A DNA stretch of 32,000 nt from contig NZ_JBHSTI010000051.1 of NCBI RefSeq assembly GCF_042660085.1, forward strand, positions 3,089 through 35,088. The letters run 5' to 3'. Positions 26,898 through 32,000 of this stretch are shown piece by piece; the first letter of the stretch is position 1; each line of letters opens with the position of its first letter. The notes under the pieces are model-generated. The model searched no databases, was not told the origin of the DNA, and was given only the letters and a program-made list of their open reading frames with translations. A program made the position numbers and the translations under genes. The DNA comes from Longivirga aurantiaca. GTDB taxonomy: Bacteria; Actinomycetota; Actinomycetes; S36-B12; CAIYMF01.

Positions 26898-28280
26898 ATG
26901 TCCGTTCCCGTCCGTCGCCGGACTGCCGCCGTTGTCGGTGGCGTCGCGGCTGCCCTGCTTCTTGCTGCCTGTGGCAGCAGTGGTGGTGGCGACTCAACTA
27001 CCTCGGCTGCGCCGAGCTCCAGCACCCCCGTCGTGGCGGGCTGCGAGGACTACGCCTCGTACGGCTCGCACCCCGGCACCAAGGTGACCGTCTTCACCTC
27101 GATCCTGCCGCCCGAGCAGCAGAAGTTCGAGGCGTCGTGGGCCCAGTTCGAGAAGTGCACCGGGATCGACGTCGTGTACGAGGGGTCCGACCAGTTCGAG
27201 GCCCAGCTGCCGACGCGTATCCAGGGTGGTAACGCTCCCGACATCGCGTTCATCCCGCAGCCGGGTCTGCTCCAGAAGCTCGTGCAGCAGGGCGGCCCCA
27301 AGCCGGCTCCGCAGTCGGTCACCGACAACGTGGGCAAGTTCTGGACCGAGGCCTGGAAGAACTACGGCACCGTCGACGGCACGTTCTACGCCGCTCCTCT
27401 CAGCGCGAACATGAAGTCGTTCGTCTGGTACTCGCCGGCGGTCTTCGCGGAGAAGGGCTACACCGTCCCCACGACGTGGGACGACCTCTTCGCCCTCTCC
27501 GACAAGATGGCCGCTGACGGCATCAAGCCGTGGTGCGGTGGCATCGAGTCCGGTGGCGCCACCGGTTGGCTCGCTACCGACTGGATCGAGCAGCTCGTGC
27601 TCCGCCAGCAGGGTGGCGACGTCTACGACAAGTGGATCTCGCACGAGATCAAGTTCGACTCGCCCGAGATCAAGGAGGCGTTCACGACCCTCGAGGGCTG
27701 GATGCGCAACTCCAAGTACGCGAACGCCGGCTTCGGTGACACGAAGACCATCGCCACCACCGCGTTCCAGGACGGCGGCAAGCCGATCCTCGAGGGCAAG
27801 TGCGGCATGTACCAGCAGGCGTCGTTCTACGCGAACTTCTGGGTCAACTTCGACAAGACGGCGGAGATCGGCGAGGACAAGGACGTGTTCGCGTTCTACC
27901 TCCCGGCGATCAGCGCCGACGTCACCACCCCGATCGTCGGCGGTGGCGAGTTCGTGACGGCCTTCGCAGACCGTCCCGAGGTCCAGTCGTTCCAGACCTA
28001 CCTGGCGAGCGACACGTTCCACACGCTGAAGGTCAAGGAGGGCACCTGGGTGTCCGCGAACAACGGCGTGCCGCTGGACGCGTACTCCGACCCGATCTCG
28101 GCCCTGTCGGCGAAGTACCTCACCGACTCGACCGCGACCTTCCGGTTCGACGCTTCGGACCTCATGCCGGCTGCTGTCGGTGCGGGTTCGTTCTGGACCG
28201 GCATGACGGCCTTCTTCGGAGAGAACAAGTCCGTGGACGACACCGTCAAGGCGATCGACGCTGCGTGGCCTGCTAGCTGA
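26898..28280 (+). CDS. ABC transporter extracellular solute-binding lipoprotein (CUT1, alpha-glucoside-like)
   Basis: Lipobox LLLAACGSSGGG; VTVFTSILPPEQQKFEASWAQFEKCTGIDVVYEGSDQFEAQLPTRIQGGNAPDIAFIPQPGLLQ. Confidence 0.94.
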   Translation: MSVPVRRRTAAVVGGVAAALLLAACGSSGGGDSTTSAAPSSSTPVVAGCEDYASYGSHPGTKVTVFTSILPPEQQKFEASWAQFEKCTGIDVVYEGSDQFEAQLPTRIQGGNAPDIAFIPQPGLLQKLVQQGGPKPAPQSVTDNVGKFWTEAWKNYGTVDGTFYAAPLSANMKSFVWYSPAVFAEKGYTVPTTWDDLFALSDKMAADGIKPWCGGIESGGATGWLATDWIEQLVLRQQGGDVYDKWISHEIKFDSPEIKEAFTTLEGWMRNSKYANAGFGDTKTIATTAFQDGGKPILEGKCGMYQQASFYANFWVNFDKTAEIGEDKDVFAFYLPAISADVTTPIVGGGEFVTAFADRPEVQSFQTYLASDTFHTLKVKEGTWVSANNGVPLDAYSDPISALSAKYLTDSTATFRFDASDLMPAAVGAGSFWTGMTAFFGENKSVDDTVKAIDAAWPAS

Positions 28281-28329
28281 TCCGGTCACTGCCATCACGT
28301 CACGACCAGTCGTGACGAAGTAGTTCCGG

Positions 28330-28369
28330 CCGGGGCTCGGAAGGGGTAGACACTCCTTCCGGGCCCCGG
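28330..28369. terminator. Intra-operon hairpin (attenuator/RNA-stabilising)
   Basis: CCGGGGCTCGGAAGG (28330-28344) / CCTTCCGGGCCCCGG (28355-28369), 15-bp stem with one G-T wobble, between binding-protein and permease genes. Confidence 0.7.
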
Positions 28370-28418
28370 TTCACATCCGGGCTCGGAACCGATCGTTGGT
28401 TCACGACGCATCGAGAGG

Positions 28419-29396
28419 GTGGTCGAGGGGATGGGAAACGCATCCAAACTGGCCTTGATGGCCAGCGTGGTGCTGGTGTTCTTCGGGGTCCTGCTGCTCG
28501 TGTTCTTCCTGGCGGCGCGCACCAGGGGCAAGGTGCAGACTCCGCTCGCACGACTGATCTTCCTGGGGCCGGCAGCGCTGCTGCTCCTCATCGGCCTGGT
28601 GATCCCGGCCGTTCAGACGACGTACCAGAGCTTCCTCGGCCCCGACGGCAAGAAGGTCGTCGGGCTGGCGAACTACCAGTGGATCTTCGGCACCGAGGCC
28701 AACTGGGTCTTCCTGCGCAACACCGCGATCTGGATCGTCATCACACCGATCTTCTCGACTCTCGTCGGCCTGATCCTCGCGTTGCTCATGGACCGCATGC
28801 GCCGCGAGTCGCTGCCCAAGTCGCTCATCTTCATGCCCATGGCCATCTCGTTCGTCGGCGCCTCGATCATCTGGGGTCTCGTCTACGAGTACCGCGACCC
28901 TGCGGAGCCCCAGGTGGGCCTGCTCTCGGCCGTGGTGTCCGCCTTCGGAATCACACCTGAGAACTGGCTGCTGCTCCAGCCGTGGAACACCTTCTTCCTC
29001 ATCATCATCATGGTGTGGATCCAGGTCGGCTTCGCGATGGTCGTGCTCTCGGCCGCCATCAAGGCCATCCCCATGGATGTCACCGAGGCCGCCATGCTCG
29101 ACGGTGCCGTGGGCTGGAAGCTCTTCTCCAAGGTCACCGTCCCGATGATCCGCGGCACGCTCGTCGTCGTCCTCACCACGATCGCCATCGGCGTCCTCAA
29201 GGTCTTCGACATCGTGCGCACGATGACGAACGGAAACTTCGGCACCCAGGTGCTGTCGAACGAGATGTACGCCCAGGCGTTCGTCCAGTTCGACAAGGGC
29301 CGTGGTAGTGCGCTCGCCGTCGTGCTGTTCGTCGCCGTCATCCCCCTGATCGTCTACAACATCGTGCAGCTGAGGAAGGAGCAGTCGATCCGATGA
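28419..29396 (+). CDS. ABC sugar transporter permease (MalF-like)
   Basis: LIFMPMAISFVGASIIWGLVYEYRD; EAAMLDGAVGWKLFSKVTVPMIRGTL EAA-loop. Confidence 0.94.
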   Translation: MVEGMGNASKLALMASVVLVFFGVLLLVFFLAARTRGKVQTPLARLIFLGPAALLLLIGLVIPAVQTTYQSFLGPDGKKVVGLANYQWIFGTEANWVFLRNTAIWIVITPIFSTLVGLILALLMDRMRRESLPKSLIFMPMAISFVGASIIWGLVYEYRDPAEPQVGLLSAVVSAFGITPENWLLLQPWNTFFLIIIMVWIQVGFAMVVLSAAIKAIPMDVTEAAMLDGAVGWKLFSKVTVPMIRGTLVVVLTTIAIGVLKVFDIVRTMTNGNFGTQVLSNEMYAQAFVQFDKGRGSALAVVLFVAVIPLIVYNIVQLRKEQSIR

Positions 29397-30397
29397 GCGT
29401 CGAGACTCCTGGAATCGCGGCCGCGGCCGAGAAGGCGCTGACCGCGGCACCCGACCACGGCGGCATGTCCAGCGCGCTGCGGCGCAACCTGTCGAGCCCC
29501 TGGGCCACCGGCTTCGTCATCCTCCTGACGGTGCTGTGGACCATCCCCACGCTCGGCCTGCTCGTCACCTCGCTGCGCCCGGCCGACCAGGCCAACAGCA
29601 GCGGCTGGTGGACGGTGCTCAGCAACCCCGTCTTCACCCTGGACAACTACCAGGAGGTGCTGACCGGTGGCGACACGATTCCGGGCGGCATCCTCCCGTA
29701 CTTCATCAACTCGTTCGTCATCTCGATCCCGGCGGCGATCATCCCGCTGACGCTCGCCCTCATGGCGGCGTACGCCCTGGCGTGGGTGCCGTTCAAGTTC
29801 AGCAACGCGATGTTCCTGGCGATCTTCGCGCTGCAGGTCGTCCCGCTGCAGATGGCGCTCCTGCCCCTGCTGCAGCTGTTCAACCTGGGCTGGTTCGGCT
29901 TTCCGCCGTTGCGAGATCTCGTGCAGGCCATCCCGCTCCTGGGATCCTGGATCTGGCCGACGGGCGGCACGAGCTTCATGCCCCTGTGGATCGCGCACTC
30001 GATGTTCGCGCTCCCGCTGGCGATCTTCCTGCTCCACAACTTCATCGCCCAGCTGCCGCGTGACCTCTTCGAGGCCGCGCGCGTGGACGGCGCCAGCCAC
30101 TTCCTGATCTTCCGGAGGATCGTGCTGCCGCTGTCGGTTCCGGCGATCGCGTCGTTCGCGATCTTCCAGTTCCTCTGGGTGTGGAACGACCTGCTGGTCG
30201 GTCTCACATTCGCCGGCGGCACGGTCGACGTCGCACCGATCACGGTGTACCTGTCGAACATCAAGGGCACCTACGGGTCGAGCCTGCACCTCATCACGGC
30301 TGGCGCGTTCATCGCGATCATCGTGCCGCTCATCGTGTTCTTCTCGCTGCAGCGGTTCTTCGTCCGCGGTCTGCTCGCCGGATCGGTCAAGGGCTGA
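29393..30397 (+). CDS. ABC sugar transporter permease (MalG-like)
   Basis: FINSFVISIPAAIIPLTLALMAAYALAW; LFEAARVDGASHFLIFRRIVLPLSVPAIASFAIFQFLWVWNDLL; overlaps previous gene. Confidence 0.95.
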   Translation: MSVETPGIAAAAEKALTAAPDHGGMSSALRRNLSSPWATGFVILLTVLWTIPTLGLLVTSLRPADQANSSGWWTVLSNPVFTLDNYQEVLTGGDTIPGGILPYFINSFVISIPAAIIPLTLALMAAYALAWVPFKFSNAMFLAIFALQVVPLQMALLPLLQLFNLGWFGFPPLRDLVQAIPLLGSWIWPTGGTSFMPLWIAHSMFALPLAIFLLHNFIAQLPRDLFEAARVDGASHFLIFRRIVLPLSVPAIASFAIFQFLWVWNDLLVGLTFAGGTVDVAPITVYLSNIKGTYGSSLHLITAGAFIAIIVPLIVFFSLQRFFVRGLLAGSVKG

Positions 30398-30419
30398 CAG
30401 GCCCGAGCACAGACGCCGC

Positions 30420-30450
30420 TGCCCCGAAGGTCCTGGAGGACTTCGGGGCA
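30420..30450. terminator. Terminator hairpin after ABC permease operon
   Basis: TGCCCCGAAGGTCCT / AGGACTTCGGGGCA stem with one bulge. Confidence 0.7.
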
Positions 30451-30569
30451 GCGGTCTGTCCGGGCCCGTGCAGGTCGGTGCGCGGAGGTTCTGCGCGCCC
30501 GGATCCACGGGTGGTCAGCAGCCGGACACGAAGCGTCATGAGCGGCCGCGGCAGCCGCGCACCGCTCGG

Positions 30570-31139
30570 TCAGACGACCGGACGCAGGCGGAACATCCGC
30601 GGGGTGAGCTCGCCGCGGCGCTCGAGGTAGCCGGCGTACCCCGGGTAGACCGCCTCGAAGCGCGGGAAGATCTCGGCCCAGGTCTGCTCGTCGCAGAGCT
30701 CGGCACGGCACTCGAGGCGCTCGGGCCCGATCGCGATCGCGCAGTCCGGGTGGGCGAGCAGGTTGGCCGTCCACGCGGGGTGCTTGGCCTGGCCGAAGTT
30801 CGTGCCGAGCAGCATGACGTCGTCGCCGTCGCGCACGTAGAGCAGCGGCGACTCGCGCGGCTGGCCGCTCTTGGCCCCCGTGGTGTGCAGGGTGAGGAAC
30901 GGGAAGCCGTACAGCGCGGCGAGGAACCGGCCTTCGCGGATCTTCATGAGGGCGGGGTCGACCTTCGGCCCGATGCGCCGGTAGACCGCCGCGAACGCCG
31001 CGGTGCGGCTCGCCTGCCTCGTGACGGTCGTGAGCGGGTTGGCGCGCACCCTGGCCTCGTGGTCGGCGATGCGCCGCAGCCGGGCGCGCACGGCGCGCTC
31101 CGCGTCGGTGTCGGCGGTGGGGTCGAGGGCGTCGGGCAT
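30570..31139 (-). CDS. Deazaflavin (F420)-dependent nitroreductase-family protein (Ddn-like)
   Basis: FLTLHTTGAKSGQPRESPLLYVRDGDDVMLLGTNFGQAKHPAWTANLLAHPD is characteristic of this family. Confidence 0.9.
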   Translation of the reverse strand: MPDALDPTADTDAERAVRARLRRIADHEARVRANPLTTVTRQASRTAAFAAVYRRIGPKVDPALMKIREGRFLAALYGFPFLTLHTTGAKSGQPRESPLLYVRDGDDVMLLGTNFGQAKHPAWTANLLAHPDCAIAIGPERLECRAELCDEQTWAEIFPRFEAVYPGYAGYLERRGELTPRMFRLRPVV

Positions 31140-31256
31140 GGGCGCACGCTAGCCCGACCTGCGCCGTACGTCGAAGGCTCGCCACCCAGGGCGGCGCGCC
31201 CTGACACGGCGCAGTGGCCGCGTCAGCGGGGGTCGTGACGTCGAGCCCGGCGGATG

Positions 31257-31673
31257 TCAGGAGGGCAGGGTGAGCGCAAGCCGGTGCAGGGCCTCGTGCA
31301 GGGCGGCGGCGAAGCGGTCGACGTGGCCTCCGAGGTGTTCGAGGTCGTCCGGGCCCAGCACCACGCGCAGGGCGCCGTCGACCTCGGCGAGCACGGCCGG
31401 GGAGTCGTCCCAGCCCGTGACGAGGGCGGCCGTCGCGGCGTCGCGCTCGTCGAGGTGCACGAGCTCGAACGGCACCCCCAGACCGGCTGCCATGCGATCC
31501 CAGGAGGCCTTGCGGCGGATCGGCGAGTGGGTGATGTCGCACAGCGAGCAGTGCGCACGGCCGAGGAGCTTGCCGACGACGTAGTGGATCTCCCCCGAGA
31601 GGCTCCCCTCGGCCCGGTAGACGCCCACGAGGCGCGTCACGCGCGGGGCCGGGGTGATGGGAGCGGGGTCCAT
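31257..31673 (-). CDS. Conserved hypothetical protein with HCSLCDITH motif
   Basis: VGVYRAEGSLSGEIHYVVGKLLGRAHCSLCDITHSPIRRKASWDRMAAGLGVPFELVHLDERDAA; protein-like composition in a single frame. Confidence 0.75.
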   Translation of the reverse strand: MDPAPITPAPRVTRLVGVYRAEGSLSGEIHYVVGKLLGRAHCSLCDITHSPIRRKASWDRMAAGLGVPFELVHLDERDAATAALVTGWDDSPAVLAEVDGALRVVLGPDDLEHLGGHVDRFAAALHEALHRLALTLPS

Positions 31674-31875
31674 GCCAGGACCGTAGGCGGCGTTCCTGGG
31701 GCCCGCACCCCGGCCGTCCGGTGCCGTGCCGGGCCCCGCACCGTCGTGCCTGCCGACGGCCCGCCGTGCGCGCGCTGCGGTGCTCAGGTGAGCGGTGTCG
31801 CGGCGACACGCCGAAGCCCCCGACGTGTCGCTCGCGCCTGCGCGGCATCGGCGTTGGCAGACTGGAACATGGTGC

Positions 31876-31912
31876 GGGGCCCCTCGATGTATGAGATCGA
31901 GGGGCCCCGCGT
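31876..31912. terminator. Perfect 15-bp hairpin in non-coding right end
   Basis: GCGGGGCCCCTCGAT (31876-31890) / ATCGAGGGGCCCCGC (31898-31912), 7-nt loop GTATGAG. Confidence 0.6.
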
Positions 31913-32000
31913 TCGCACGTCCGGTCGGCCTGCGGTCGGGTTGCCCCGACCGCGAGGTCGACCTTCTGTGCAGCCGTGCGTCCGTCGGACCTCGTCGCGT

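Noticed and set aside
1-32000. CRISPR arrays, tRNA/rRNA genes, prophage or biosynthetic cluster
   Set aside because: No regularly spaced repeats, tRNA-like cloverleafs or signature genes were recognised by eye; tRNAscan/Infernal was not run.

Overview
This is a GC-rich actinobacterial-type chromosomal window, densely coding. Its backbone is a nitrate-respiration locus: narGHJI on the minus strand, preceded by a Cys-containing HTH regulator, then two divergent NarK-type transporters, a DUF2249-like protein, moeA and a winged-helix/STAND-type regulator. On the left is a minus-strand sugar-acid-type catabolic operon (SMP-30 lactonase, FAH-family hydrolase, Zn-dehydrogenase, SDR), next to a SulP transporter and a PadR/membrane-protein pair. 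PAP2 and diacylglycerol-kinase-like genes follow. On the right are a homocysteine S-methyltransferase, a MarR/VOC/esterase module, a CUT1-like sugar ABC importer (binding protein plus two permeases) and a deazaflavin-type nitroreductase-like gene. I found no CRISPR array, transposase, rRNA, tRNA or recognisable defence system, and no clear proof of a novel system. The observations most worth a second look are: (1) a PadR/membrane-protein cassette flanked by imperfect ~130-nt direct repeats that carry the 3' end of the neighbouring SDR gene plus a long palindrome; (2) two paralogous Cys-rich DUF2249-like proteins bracketing the nar/narK block; (3) a candidate Fe-S-type regulator translationally coupled to narG, with shared motifs in the nar/narK intergenic region; (4) a near-perfect 22-bp hairpin between divergent genes; (5) a MarR/VOC/esterase set resembling the Mhq quinone-response regulon. 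All family assignments are by reading the translations; no database search was run.
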